From assembly GCF_009914755.1 (NCBI RefSeq), contig NC_060927.1: a stretch of 64,000 nucleotides of DNA; one strand, written 5' to 3'. Positions within the stretch are counted from its first letter, which is position 1; each line of letters opens with the position of its first letter. A program made the position numbers and the translations under genes. The notes below the pieces were generated by a model, which ran no database searches, was not told where the DNA came from, and worked only from the letters and a program-made list of their open reading frames with translations. Of this stretch, positions 37,846 to 51,939 are shown in pieces. The stretch is from the human T2T-CHM13v2.0 reference genome, Homo sapiens.

Positions 37846-40800
37846 GGTCACCAGGAGCCTGGATTCTTATCTGCTCAACCTAGGTGGTGAAGAAGCCTGG
37901 TGAGACTAGGATTGGGAAAGTTCCCCCAGCTGCTCTGACCTTAAAGGCAGAAGAAGACTCCAGACTATGGTGACCACCTTCTGGGGCCTCTTCTAGCAGC
38001 TGAGGCTGCAGGATCTGCAATGCCCAATCCCTAAACCTTCCTAGCCATGTCCTCACACTCCAGGACTGACAATATTAACACATCCCCTGCAGCTCTATGC
38101 TTGCCTGGGCTCTACCTGCAGAGATGCTGGGTGGGACAACGTATGTCAATGCTTAGGGGATTCCTACATGATTTTGATGCTGCCTCTCACCTCTGCACTT
38201 TGAACCAGGCCTGCCAGACCAACTCCAGTTCCACTCACAGTGCTCCACATGCATCGCTGCAGCCCTGGGCACTCTCCTGCCAATCCCAATGCAACTCTGG
38301 CAAGTCCAAATCACTGTAAGGATCACTGCAAGGACGCTCAAGACAAGGGAACAAGTGGGGCCTGGAACCGTGCCCAAATTCCCCTCACTAGCAGTGAGCC
38401 CTGCCTGGCATAAAGTTTTGCTCAGCAAAAGGAAAGGCAAACACGGAAGGGTGGGGTTAGAAAAAGCCATAATCCAGATGAGTCACTTTTAATACTTTGC
38501 ATAAAGGCAGCCCTGCCAGAAGCATCTTTTTTTGGTTTTTCTTTTTTAAAAAATTCTAAATAGTTAAGTGTCCAATATATGCTGGTCAGTCAATACATTT
38601 TATATAAAAGTGCAGGATTTGAGCATTTAGGTAAAGTGCAGAGCTTACTCTGTTTACCACTGCCATGTGTAAGCAGGGCTGGCCCATTCCCCCTTAGTTA
38701 CACTTAAAATTTCCTCTTCCAGGCTCAACTCAGAGAAGGAGAAGCTGCAAGAAAGCTCTGCTTTCCCCTGCATCTTGGGGCAGCCCTGTTTGCCTCACAG
38801 ACAGAGAAGAACCGAGCCCTATATGATATTTTCACCTAATACGAAGCTGAACTTTGGTAACAGTATTAAGCTTTACAATGTTCCTTATGGTCTCCACATT
38901 TTGTTTCACTCTTTTGAAATCTGTGATCTCCACTAGAGATCTCTAAATATAATATTCAGAATTTGGAATATCAGCAATTGGAGGTCACACTAGCATTGTG
39001 ATTGAATTGGGGCTGGGTGGCAGAGAGAGAGTTCAGTTGTACTTGGGCAGGCTCTTTGCTTGTCTATAGGGCTTTAAAGTTTCCCAGGACTAAACCATTT
39101 GATTAGCATATGATTTTTCCGTAAACATTGTCCACAGATTATGATCAAAAGTAGTGTGCACTTAAACAAAGACCTGTTAGAATGAACACATTTTCTTTCT
39201 TTCCTTTGCTGAGTCTTTCCTTAGGCTCACAATCCTAAGTCTTGGGGGATGTTTGACGATGTCAACATCCATTTTCAAATGTCCAGCAACTTCTACATGT
39301 CATCCAGATGGGATGAAAATTAACAAAATGCATCTGTTTTGCAAACTGCTGAATGGAAGATTTGTAATTATAAGATATCTGAAGTTTATGGTTTTGTTTT
39401 TTTTTTTAATTTACTAAAAGTCTACAGGGAAAGGAAAACATTGAATTTTAAGTGTGTGTGCATGTTGTCTGTGTATGTGTATGTAAATTGTGCAAAGGAT
39501 AGGGGAGGGTGAAAGAACCAGTGATGGCAGAAAGTGCTTCCCTTTTAATAATAAGAAACAAATGGAGATGATTTGGTCTGGGAAGCCTCACTGTACTTCT
39601 GCAAAGTCATTTGTATATTGGCTAAGTGATTTGCACACTGCTGGGGCTACCGGCTCCCTGAACTGCATTCCCCCAGGCCTCTCTTTTTGCTCCTGCTCCT
39701 GCCTTCTTCTTTCCACTAGGAATACGGTAATAATTAAGCTAGCAAGGAAACACGAGAACTAAAGACTCAGTGGCAGGTGCTCAAAGTCACCTCTTACTCT
39801 TAACTCCATAAAGATCTGGGGACAGATCTGCCTTGTCAGCTTCTCAGGAGAAGAGTCAGACATTAATTTCTCTCTTCTAGAAAGGAAACCCATTCGAGGG
39901 ATTATGAATGTTACTCTGTGTCTGGGTCTGAAGTTTAAATCTTTACAAGCATGCAGTTATTAAGATGCCAAGTTGCCTCACTTAATTACGACCTTTATTA
40001 TGGTATCGAACACTTTAAATGCACTATTTATCACACCTGAAGAGAAGAGCAGTTCTGCTTTAATGGACCACACTCAGTGGGCCATCTATTGATTATCTTC
40101 TCTACTGAATTAATTCCTAGTAATCGCCTAGTGAGCAGTCATTAAAGGAACGTCTTCCTGGGCATACAGGGTTGGGGTGGATGGGGTCTGATGGGCCTTT
40201 CAGACGGCAGCAGCTTTTGTCCCCCCTTACTGCAATTTCAGCCATGTCCTTATTGAACTCAGTTCTTGAGACCAACATGGTGTCTTCACCGTAGAAAGGC
40301 TTTGTTTATAGGGAGCCACCAGACAGAGCAGGACAAACCAGTTCCTTCCCTATGAGCGGCTTTTAATCAAGCGAACTGCACTTCCCTTGCTCCCCACTGA
40401 AGATCCCTTCTGATGTCAAAGCAAGAGACTATTCTGTTGAAGAAAAGTCCAGATCCAGCAGAAGGATAGCGCTTCAGGAGTTTTCATCATGAGATGGGTG
40501 TTACATGACATACACGCTCTCATTTCACTGAATTTAATTCAATCATTGAATGAATTTCTTGTTCAGAATGTAAACTTCCAAGTATGTATGATGAGTCCAG
40601 TTTTTAGTTGAGCTACCTGAGGTCCAGAGAGGTTATATATGTTGTCCAAACAAAATAGGTGGTAGGTGGCAGCCCTGTCCAATTTCAAGGAGGAAACAGA
40701 TTTAGAAAAGCAGCATGCCGAGTTTCAAGAGGGTCAAGGAAACGAGATCCAGAGCTGTGATTTTGCCTTTCCCTTGGGGAGGAAAGAGGTCCCCGCGGAC

Positions 40801-41304
40801 CCATTATCTCCCAGGTGACCTGGGTTCTCTTGTCCTTTTATAAATCCCATTCAAGAGTCACTTTATAGCACTCAGCAGAGCCTGCTTGTCACAGGCACTT
40901 CAGCCTTTTACAAATGAACTGTTTTCTCTAATTTAATTCCACTGCAGTGCCCAGCGGCCAGTGTAGAGGTAGATTTGCAAAGCCAAATAATGAATAGTCT
41001 GGTTGCCTTTCTCTTTTCAGACTTCCCATCCCTGTGCTGGACCCTAGGCCACCTGCTCCCCTCCCTGACCTCCTCTTCCTGAGCCAGGCCACAGAGGGTG
41101 GCAGAATAGGGACTGAGATGATTTTAGGCAAACCACCAAGTCAGGGACTCTGGGCTCCCACAGGCGCCACACTCAGCCTAACACAGAAGTTGGTGGAGCT
41201 AGATTTGGGCAACCTAGAATGACTCTAAGTTTGTGTTCATGACCTCCAATCTACTTCTATGCATCCTTTTCTTTCCTTGTGATATCTTACAATAGCAACA
41301 ATAA

Positions 41305-41830
41305 TGGTAATTTTTCAAAATACCATTATTAAATGCTTATTGAGAACCAAGCACTACGCTTAATGCATTACATGTATGACTTCATTTAATTCTGACAACA
41401 ACCTAATGAGTTAGACATGGTTGTCTCATTACTAATGAGAGTCTATGACTGTCAGCCCTCGCTGTACTTTATAATCACCCAAGGAGTTTTTTAAAATGTG
41501 GACTCCCAGGCCTGCCCCATAGAGGCTGTTTTAGTTGCATGGGGGTAGAGCCTAAGAATAAATGCAGCTCCTAACAGGGGCTGAATATTGGAAACACCTG
41601 GAGGGCTTTAGAAACATACTGATCCCTGATCCCACTCCCACATATTCTGATTTGGTTGAGCTGAGATGAGGTTCAGGCACAGGGATTTTTAACGTTTCCC
41701 CAGGTGCATTTCATGTATGGTCAAGGTGGAGCTCCACTGTACTGGGTTGAATAATTGGCCTAAGATCTACAGACTTTGGGGAGTGAAGCTGGGATTAAGA
41801 CTGGCCAGCCCCAATTTGTGTGTGATACCT
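41305..41830 (-). mobile_element. MIR interrupted by two MER5-type MITEs (~41450-41740)
   Basis: MIR 'catttaattctgacaacaacctaatgag'; MER5 'attctgatttggttg...ccccaggtg...ccactg'. Confidence 0.7.
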
Positions 41831-42252
41831 GTCCCTTTCACTCATCATTCCAATACCTATTATTACACCTGTACACCGATGAGTTCTGGTACCATCTTAA
41901 ACCCCTACACCTCTTTCCTATTTGTAGAAGGAAACCACTATACTCCATGGAAATTATTTAAGGATCCTGGAAGCTGGCAGAAACATTTTGGAGGTTAGAG
42001 GGAGCAGGAGCCCTGCCCACTAAGTTTCCACACCTGCCTTTATGCGTAACATCAACGCCATGCATCCTGAGGGTCACTGTGCTCAGTGGCTGCTAGGACC
42101 AGAGCAGAGACTATGTGTGCTTCAAGTCCAGGCAAAAACGTCCTCTGAGACCACCCTCCTACTCCTCTCCTCCTGACATGATAGCTGCTCTCACTTTGCA
42201 ACTTAATTCTCACTCAAGGGGTAAACAAATTTTTAAAAATTCTAATAGAGTG

Positions 42253-42603
<351 letters not shown>

Positions 42604-43393
42604 TTAACCCTTTGAAGTCTCCCACCTTTGATGTGGATCTCCACTGTTGTTTTTGTCCCAAATTTAGCATATAGCACTTGTCACCCTGGCCATACTTGGG
42701 GCTGTCCCAGCTGGGCATGGGCTGCCAATCCTATTCCAAGGTCTGATGGGATGACAGGTTCTCCGGAAGCCACTGTTTAATGGGAGACCTACACAGCCCC
42801 TGCAGCAGGCGTGGTTCCCACCAGGCATTTCTGGGAGTTTCCAGCAACTGTCCTGCATTTCCTCACAAAGGAACTCTGTCCAACCTGTTTTTCTTCTCCC
42901 CAGCCCTGTCCTTCTCTGTGCAAACCCGGAAGCCCCCAATAGGGTGGCAGGAGAGGATGAGGTACAGGCACTGGGACTCCCACGCAGTGCCATGGCTAGG
43001 TTCTGCTCAGGGCGGGGGCCCTATAGAGATTTTAAAGAACACTGCTCTCTTTCAGGTGTTATTCACATCATTCTTCCTCCCTGGGACCCAGACAAAAGTC
43101 AGTGGAGCTCTGGGCTGGGGACAAACCCAGGGGCCAGGAGCTGCCTGTGCCGACTCAGCAAGTTCCCCACCCCTTCTGTTACTAATGACTAAGTAGTCAT
43201 CAGTCTGGTGACTCTTACTCTCTTTTCCCTTGGGGAAAGTTCTCTTCTGGGAAACGCTTCAGTTCCTCAGACAGACTCCTAGGGCCCCACGCCCCAGCCT
43301 TTGCCCCCCTCACCCTGTGCCTTGGGCGCACCAATTTGCCCAGGCTCATACTGATTTCAGCTTAGATGTGCCCAGGGCCAGACCCCAGGGACA

Positions 43394-43475
43394 CTTTTTT
43401 TTTTTTAATACTTTAAGTTCTGGGGTACATGTGCAGAATGCGCAGGTTTGTTACGTAGGTATACACATGCCATGG
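43394..43475 (-). mobile_element. Very short 5'-truncated L1PA 3' end
   Basis: polyT + 'atactttaagttctggggtacatgtgcagaa...tgccatgg'; TSD acacttt. Confidence 0.88.
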
Positions 43476-43619
43476 CACACTTTTGAAATTGCCCTGTGAC
43501 TGAGAAAGACCCTGCCTGCATATTGGTTCACTGAAGCTGTATCTTCATGACTCCCAGAAAACTAATAGCTGAGAAGTTTACTGAAAGAAGAAATTAGATA
43601 AAACTCAGCACATCAGCTG

Positions 43620-44150
43620 CATTCTTCCAGTTGCTCATGATGAAAAACCTTGGCATTACCCTTCACTCCTCTCCCACCCCACATTCCACGGGCCAGCAAA
43701 ACCTCAGAGTTGGTCCTTCAAATCACATCCAGAGTCTGACCATTTCTCACCACCTCCACTGCTTCCAACTTGGTCCAAAACACTATCTTCTCTTTCAACA
43801 GCTTCCAACATCTCCCTTCTTGCTCCACATTTGCTGCTCTGTGGTCTAATCAATGCAGTAAATTGATGCTGCCAAAATTAAATCAGATCATGCCACTCCT
43901 CTGTTTAAAACCCTCCCATCAATGGCTTTGCAACTTGGTGGAGTAAAGTCAAGTCTTTACAATGAACAATTGGCTACAAGGCCCTGTAAGATCTGGCCCT
44001 CTGGAACCTCTCTGAACTCCTCTTCTGCTACTCTTCTCTAGCTCATTACATTTCAACCACAGGGCCTCTGCACTGTTTGCTCTGCCTGCAATGATCCTCC
44101 CCAAAGTACAGACATGACTCGCTGCCTACTGGGCTTTATTCAAATAATTG
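43620..44150 (+). mobile_element. L2 fragment
   Basis: 'aaaaccttggcattaccctt', 'aaatcagatcatgccactcctctgtttaaaaccctc'. Confidence 0.8.
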
Positions 44151-45942
44151 CTCCATTGCATTGCATTGAATTCTAAATCCAGGTATTTGACTTTAAGCTT
44201 TTGTTTCTCATTAATCAATTAAACCTGCGTAAAAGACAGAGGAAAACTGCCCATAAATCTGCACAGGTAACTCCTCTCCTCCCCCACACTCCTTTTTAAA
44301 GATGTTGTATTTGCCCACATGTGGTTTATATATTATGGCACATAGAAGAAATAGGTCCACTTGATAATAAGAATATCTCAAGGGAATATCTAGATGAACC
44401 CTGGGCAAGTTCTGACAACCATTTATGACCAACAAGAACTAACTGAAGTGTGAATTTATTTTGAAAAATGGCTATTAGCAATGAAAATGTCAAGGAAATT
44501 CTGACTTTCTATAACTGGACTAGATGGATTCACCTTTTTACAAAGCTTCAGCATGCAAAACAGGTTCTGATCTTTCACAAGGATTAAAAACCTATTCAAG
44601 GCTATGGCTGGAAGCCCATGGCAGCAGTAGGAATTTAATGGTTTTTAAATTATGGTTTTGGATACCTCTAAATTATTCTTAGAACCTGGGTAAGGCCAGC
44701 CTGACCACTTGAATGTATTCATTTTCAAGTTAGAATATTTCACAGATTGGTTGCAACATGGAGATACAAAATTCATACACATATGCGAGGTAAAGAATTC
44801 TGTGCCATCTCAATTTGTAACTGTCTATATTATATATGGTTAATCTATGATTAAGCAAGAAGAAATTTAGAAAATGCTGGCTCAATGCCAGCTTGAATTA
44901 TAGACTCCAAGTTAAGACAGAGTTTAAAACTCAAAGTGTCTTGGACCCATCATTCCACTCATTAGTTGAGTATTTCTGCATATTTCCTCAAAATCTATAC
45001 TCTAAGTCTTCAGAATCTGGCACCAGAATTTGAATCTATGATGGTTTCCTTTTATGTACCAGCTGAAATTCTTAAAACTAACAGTCTCAATTATAACCTG
45101 AGGCAATGAATAAACACTTGACTTCATTTATATTTACATAATGGTACCCTATAGTTAACCATGTAATTAATCAGTCTTACAGAACAGTACATTCAAAAGG
45201 AAGAAAATGGAACAGTTTTCCACATTTGTTTCATACCCTACCTACCACACAGACAATGTCCTCCTTTGATACAGCAGTCATGCTGCCAACAGAGAGTAGT
45301 TTGAGGAGGAAGGCATGCCGTCCTCTTTAGGATAAACTATGTCGAATGAAATGACCAGCTGCTTGCCTCTGGCTGGGTTGAAGAGAGGTGAAGTTTAAAT
45401 TGTAGTTATTTTTCTAGCTTCATCTATCTCTCACCTCTTCTTTTTGTTCTTTATTTTTACCTTTCCCCTCTTCCAAATGGGCATAAAAACTGGAAAGGCT
45501 TGAAATTAGCTGGAAAATCAAAAGTCTTGAAAAGCTGAAACATCAAAAGAAAGGAGATTCTACATGTCAGTACTGCCTTTGAGGTTATTTCTAAATTATC
45601 TCTATGTCCATCTACTTGCTTTTCCTTCAAATTCAATTAGTACCATCATTTCTTTCACCTACCATGTGCTAGGCCTAATGCCAGTCACTGGAGATGTTCC
45701 AAAAACTGAGACAGGACCAAGAGACGCATCATGATACAGGGACACACATGTGAGCAATCATGACATCATGGTAAATCACCGAAGACACGCAAAACTCAAA
45801 ATCAGTCAAATTCTCATAGTTTTAAAAACATTATATAGCAAGAGGTAAAGTGGGCATTTCAACCCACTACTGAGAATTAAACATCCTCAACGGTTCCAGA
45901 AGATTTCCTGTGCATATGTATAAATAAAGCCATGTGTTCATG

Positions 45943-46474
45943 TGTTGGGGGTCCCCAAGATCACTGCCAGGTTCTCTGATTTGCTAGAAGGACTCAAAGA
46001 CTCAGCATATAGTTTTACTCCTGGTAAGATTTATTACAGTGAAAGGATATAGAGTGAGATCAACAAAGGGAAAAAGTGCGTGGGGCAAAGGCTGGGAGAA
46101 ACCAGGCACAAGCTTCCAAGGGTCCTTGCCCAGTGGATTCGCATGGAACATGTTTAATTCCCCAGGCAAGGAGTTGTGACATGTGTGAAATGTCTACTAG
46201 GGAAGCTCCTTAGAAACTCAATGTTCAGCATTTTACTGGGGGCTGGTCACACAGGCCGCCTCTAACAGGTATATATCAAAATTTCAGACTGTGCCACAGG
46301 AAAGCAGATGTTCAGCACAAACCACATGGTTCCTATAAACAGTTTGGGTGCAGTGAGCCGCTCTTACCAGTTGGTAATGGCAAGAACTCTCCTAACTTCC
46401 AAGTTCCCAGATGCCAGCCAAGAACCTTTCAGAGGATAGCAGTCAGGCCTCTTGTGTTAAATCTTTCTTGCACA
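45943..46474 (-). mobile_element. MER68/MER77-type ERVL LTR inserted in an old L1 (~45790-46800)
   Basis: 'ttgggggtccccaagatcac', 'gatttgctagaaggactca', end 'ggatagcagtcaggcct...gcaca'. Confidence 0.8.
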
Positions 46475-46825
46475 ATTTATCTGTACATTTTATACGAAAT
46501 GCCATTTTGCTCTGTCTGCGAATTTTCTTTTAAAGATGACACAGATATCTTTCCATGTTAGTTCATATAGACCTACCTAATTCTTTGTCATAGTTACATA
46601 ATATTCCATTCATAGGCAATTTAACCATTCTTTCATAGGTAGATATTTGGTTTGTTTCCAATTCTTAAGCTACAAATTATGATGCAATGAGCATCATTAG
46701 ACATATATTCTTCATGTAGTCATGCTTGTTGTTTCTGTTACATAGGCTTCTAGAAGTGATATTCCTGATGTCATTCAATTTGTAAAGGAAGGCCACCATA
46801 TTGAAATTTTAGCATTGAAATTTTA

Positions 46826-47138
46826 GGCCAGGCACAGTGGCTCATGCCTATAATTCCAGAACTTTGGGCAGCCAAGGTGGGTGGATTATTTGAAGTCAGG
46901 AGTTTGAGACCAGCCTGGCCAACATGGTGAAACCCTGTCTTTACTAAAAATACAAAAATCAGATGGGCATGGTGGTGTGCACCTACAATCCCAGCTACTC
47001 GGGAGGCTGAGGCAGGAGAATCACTTGAGCTGAGGAAGTGGAGGTTGCCATGAGCCGAGATTGTGCCACTGCACTCCAGTCTGGGCGATAGAGTGAGATC
47101 CTGTCTTAAAATAAAATAAAAATAAAAAAACAAAAATA
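46826..47138 (+). mobile_element. AluS (Sx/Sz-like)
   Basis: Full dimer; gaaattttag(ca) repeated on both flanks. Confidence 0.95.
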
Positions 47139-47200
47139 GAAATTTTAGCATATGTATTAGATATAGAGAGAATGTCAGAAAAGAAGACAGTGAGGAGGCC

Positions 47201-47609
47201 ATTGAAATAATTCGGTGACAGTTGATCAGGGCCAACAGAAAGCTGTGGCAAGGAGCATGGTGAGGAGCAGAAACAGTGTAGACTTAGAAGGCAATATAAC
47301 AGCCCCTGCTAATGGATGGGAAGAGGAGAGTGAACAAGGATGAATTAAGGGTGACTCCTACTTATATCGTCTGGTGGACAGCAGCTAGGTGGAATGCAAG
47401 GAGAGCAATTATGAAGCAATTGTAATAATTTAGAGAAGAAATGGCAGGGGCTAAGATTAATTCCTCTTTGCTCACTCTCCTCTTCCTGTCCATCATCAGG
47501 GGTTGTTCTATTGCCTTCTAACTAAGTCTACAGCATTTCTGCTTCTCCCCATGGTCCTTGCCACAGCTTAGTTCAGGCTCTGATCAACTGTCACCCAGAT
47601 TATTTCAAT
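47201..47609. repeat. Long inverted repeat in L2 sequence (arms 47201-47348 and 47457-47609)
   Basis: Reverse complement of the right arm aligns to the left arm at ~80-85% by eye. Confidence 0.92.
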
Positions 47610-48929
47610 TGTTCATTCATTCACCCATCCATTCATAATATGGAACATCTGTTATGTGTCAGCCACTCAGTTGCTTATCATTGGTGCAATTTTTTTTTCT
47701 TTTTTCTATTCTTCTTGCCAAAAACATAGAAATTGATGCAATATAGATTCCAAATAACTTCCAACTAATTTGGCCATTAATTAACTTCACTGCTATTCAG
47801 TTGTGAATGGCACAAAGTTTAATAAAAGCTGCAGTGAGTGATGGTGCATTAGGTCCCAGATGCTTGAATAATTTGCACACACTTTGGAGTAAAAATATGA
47901 GAAGGGAGAGAAAAGAAATCATGAAAGCAAATAAAATCTCTTTTGTGTCTAGGTTTGAAGACAGACTCCCTCCCACACACGCATTTCAAGCAAATGCCCT
48001 TAGCAAACGTGAGCAGGTGATCCTCCTCCTTACTTCCACCAAAGAGTCTTCTCTCCTGCACAGTTCCAAGTACCACTTGTGTGGGCCTTCAGTGTGATGT
48101 GAAAGAGAGAAGCCAGAAAGCAGTTCTCTTTATTTTTATTTTTTTTAACTGACTTGCTGTGCCCATCACATTTGCCCTCCTTTTTATCCCGTGAGCCTGA
48201 ACTGCAACTTTCCATCATTTGAAGCCCAGAGGCATAAAATTGCAATTTGAATGATAAGGAGAGTTTTATTTTTATAGGGTTTTATGTCGTGTTTAATAGA
48301 AATTCATGTGCTTTAATGCATTTTATTTCACTGCTTGTTTGAGTTTATATTGGAATCTGCCTTCTGATAAGTTTATTTGACTAGGCAGAGAAGTCCCAAT
48401 CTGCATTCGTTCCTACCCAATTTATGTAAGGAATGTGATCTCACACATTCTTTACAAATCTTTTTTTCATAATTTCTGAGGCCCCAATGGAATCACTTTT
48501 TTCCCTTTCTTACAGACTTAAATTTCTTTATTCTTTTTTTAATTCATGGACAAAGTCAAGTTACATTCTCCCAAGAAGATATATAAATGGCCAATAAGCA
48601 CATAAAAAGATGTTCAACGTCACTAATCATTAGGGAAATGCAAATCAAAACTACAATGAGATACAACTTCACACCCATTAGAATGGCTATTATTTAAAAA
48701 GCAGAAAACAACACGTGTTGGTGAGGATGTGGAGAAATTGGAATCCTTGTGCATTGCTGGCGGGAATGTAAAATAGCACAGGTGCTATGGAAAGCAGTAT
48801 GATAGTTCCTCAACAATTAAACCTAGAATTACCATGTGATTCAGCAATTCCACTTTCATGTAGAATTTTTCTACCCAAAAGAATTGAAATCAGAGACTTG
48901 AAAATATAATTGTACATTAATGATCATAG

Positions 48930-50032
48930 TGTTACCAAACAGAATCTGGATCTGCCTGCCTGGTGCAGTAGAGCCAAACATCCACATGGAGGTTTGCAGA
49001 GAGAGGAAGGAGGGCATTCATTTGCAGGGCACCATGCAGAGAGAATTGGGAATGTTTAAGACCTGACCTCCCTCATAGCTTACAAGCAAGGGTTTTTAAA
49101 GACAGGGCTACATTTCAGAAAAGCAAAAGTCACAGGCAGAATTGTAAATCAAATACACAATGGTTCTGTGTTGGTTTGGCCCAGGAAAGCAGGCTATCTT
49201 GATGTGAGGGCTTACAGGTCATAGGTAGATTCAGAGATTATTTGAATTTCAATTGGTTAAGCAAATAAAGCCTTGTCTAAAACTTTGGGTCAGCAGAAAG
49301 GAATGTTGAGGTTTGGCCTGTGGGCATGACTCTCCAGGCGTGTTCTCTCCAAGGAGAAATTTAGAACAAAAAAGTGGCACTCAGAGTTCAGTCCTCAGTG
49401 CCCTCTTACCTGAGGTCTATGTGACCGTGCTCAGCATTTTCCATCTGGCGGTCCGGCTTTCTGAAAAACAACTCGGGGACACATGTCAAGATATTAGAGT
49501 TGGCTGGGCACGGTGGCTCACGCCTGTAATCCCAGCACTTCGGGAGGCCAAGGCGGGCAGATCACAAGGTCAGGAGATCGAGACCATCCTGGCTAACATG
49601 GTGAAACCCCGCCTCTACTAAAAAATACAAAAAATTAGCCGGGCATGGTGGCGGGTGCCTGTAGTCCCAGCTACTCGGGAGGCTGAGGCAGGAGAATGGC
49701 GTGACCCGGGAGGCGGAGCTTGCAGTGAGCCGAGATGGCGCCACTGCACTCCAGCCTGGTCGACAGAGCGAGACTCCAACTCAAAAAAAAAAAAAAAAAA
49801 TATTATAGTTAGTTTCTATAAGGAACCAAACAGCTTGTGGCTCTAACCTTTTTGGGTGGCAACTGTTTTATTATTAACCTTCATGCACATCAAGTTGCTC
49901 ATTCCCTTCACAAGGCTAGCTAGGTCCCTGGAATTTCTCTTGAAGAAACTCAAGATTTTCCTTTATTTCCATCCTTGGGGTTGAGGAGGCGGTGGCCAGC
50001 AGGGCCCAAAGAGAGGTCCCTGCTCCGTCTCA
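48930..50032 (-). mobile_element. MER72-like (MER4-group ERV1) solo LTR
   Basis: TG...CA; exact 4-bp TSD atag; minus start 'tgagacggagcagggacc'. Confidence 0.75.
49502..49800 (+). mobile_element. AluY
   Basis: Diagnostic 'gagatcgagaccatcctggctaaca', 'gaatggcgtga', 'ggagcttgcagtgag'; TSD ~atatta(g/t)agtt. Confidence 0.97.
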
Positions 50033-51429
50033 ATAGTGGCATTATTCACAATAACCCAAAAGATGGAAGCAATTCAACTGTCCATCGATGAAAGAATAGA
50101 GAGACAAAATATGGTATAAATATACAATGGAGTATTATGCAGCCTTAAAAAGGAATGAAATTCTGACACACACTACAATATGGATGAATCTGGAGGACAT
50201 TACGCTAAGTGAAATAAGCCAGACGCAAAAGGACAAATACTGTATGATTCCACTAATATCATGTTCCTAGACTAATTAAATTCATAGAGACAGACAGTGG
50301 AATGGTGGTTGTCAGGGGCTAGGGGGAGGGGAAAATGAGGAGTTACTGTATAAATGATGAAGAATTTCAGTTTGGAAATACGTTAAAGTTTTGGGGATGG
50401 ATGGTGGTGATGGTTGTACAATATGAATGTGCATAACGCTATTGAACTATATACTTAAAATGGTGAAAATAACAAATTCTATGTTACGTATATTTTACAA
50501 AAATTTAAAACATAAAGAAAAGTTAAATTATAGTTAGAGCTGCCTGGGCAGGCCTGCACTTTTCTCTACTGATACTTTTTCCTCAAGCTGAGGGCTTTTC
50601 TCTCTTTACTGTTTCGTATTACAGCTTCCTCCTCCTACCCTGTTGCTTTTAGCACCCTGTACCTTCTTCCCCCTTGACACAGAAAACCTTCTCTAAGGAC
50701 AGACTCTGATACAATCAAATGATCCCCTGTAAGTATCTGAGCAAATATGATAGCTATCCCCGGCACATTTTCATGTTAAGGCTTATCTCTAATTGAGAAT
50801 GTAAGATTGTATTTTCTGGTGAAGATGACCTTCTAGAGCCCCTAAAATCTCTATGCCATGGCCTCTGTGCTTTGCAGAGGACTGATGTATTGGTTATAGA
50901 TTCATTCAAGAAAATAAAAGTCTCTCTAGGTATTTCAAGCAAGGAGGGATTGAATATAAGGAGTGAAGCTCCCAAGTTGTTATAAGGAAAGGAGGAACAC
51001 AAATGGGAGTGAGGGTAGTATTGCTGCCTGGAGATCAGGCCTGCAGTTTACCTGTTTGATCCCTGTGTGAAGTCACTTGCCCCTGAGCTGCAGCCAGAAT
51101 GAGAGTCCCTCTACCTGCCTCCTGCTCTCATGCCGTAGGCATAATCTAAACTGAAACCCTCTAGCAGAGAAGTCTGAGAAATGTAGTTTGCAGGTTTCTA
51201 GCCCTTGTGACTGGAGGAGAATGCAGAAAAATAGGGGTTTATACATGGCAGGTAATTTCCTGTACAAACCAGTGTTGTGTGGCAGTGGAAATGAGCACCT
51301 TCTCAGAGATAGTCTGAGCCCTGCATGATGAGTCAGCCTCAGGATCTAGAAGGATCACAGTTCCCAAGGCAGACAGGCTTGTCTTACCAGCCCTATAATC
51401 TTGGGCAATAACAGCAATAGCCACTTCTC

Positions 51430-51630
51430 AAGCCCTGCCAGGGAGCCAAGTGCTCTGTGAAGTGCTGTGAACTTTACGCCAACAAGCTTGTGACATAGGT
51501 TTTACAATTTCCATTTTACAGACAAGGGAACTGGAATCAGAGAGAAGAGGTCACATAGCAACTAAGTGGTGGAACTAGGGTTTGAACCAGGGTCTCATCA
51601 ACTCCTCTGCCATTTAACTCTCTGATCTTC
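51430..51630 (-). mobile_element. MIR
   Basis: 'ccattttacagacaagggaactgg...aggtcacatagcaactaagtgg'. Confidence 0.75.
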
Positions 51631-51939
51631 AATTTCCAACTCACAAGGGGTGTGATGAGATCCTGGATATCCATCTACAGTTTTACTGCTTCCTCATCCC
51701 TAGGAGTGTTGCACTTAACTCTTTCCACTGGCTTCTGATTTCAGCAAGCACCTCCATCCAGAGCATGCACTGTGTGGTCTCCTTCTCCTCTGTGACTCGG
51801 CACTGTCCTCTGCACAGATCAAGCACCAGACAATACCATCACCTTCCTGGTCTGATAAATGGACCCAGTCCTGGACTTAAGAAAAGTCGTAAGATTCAGA
51901 GTTGCTTCTGCCACTGGGCAACTTCTTCGCATGACCACC

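Larger units (their letters stand above)
48563..50520 (+). mobile_element. L1MA/MB 3' end interrupted by an LTR
   Basis: 'aagaagatatataaatggccaataagcac', 'gaaatgcaaatcaaaactacaatgaga', 'gctaagtgaaataagccagac'; TSD aaagtcaagtta/aaagttaaatta. Confidence 0.92.
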
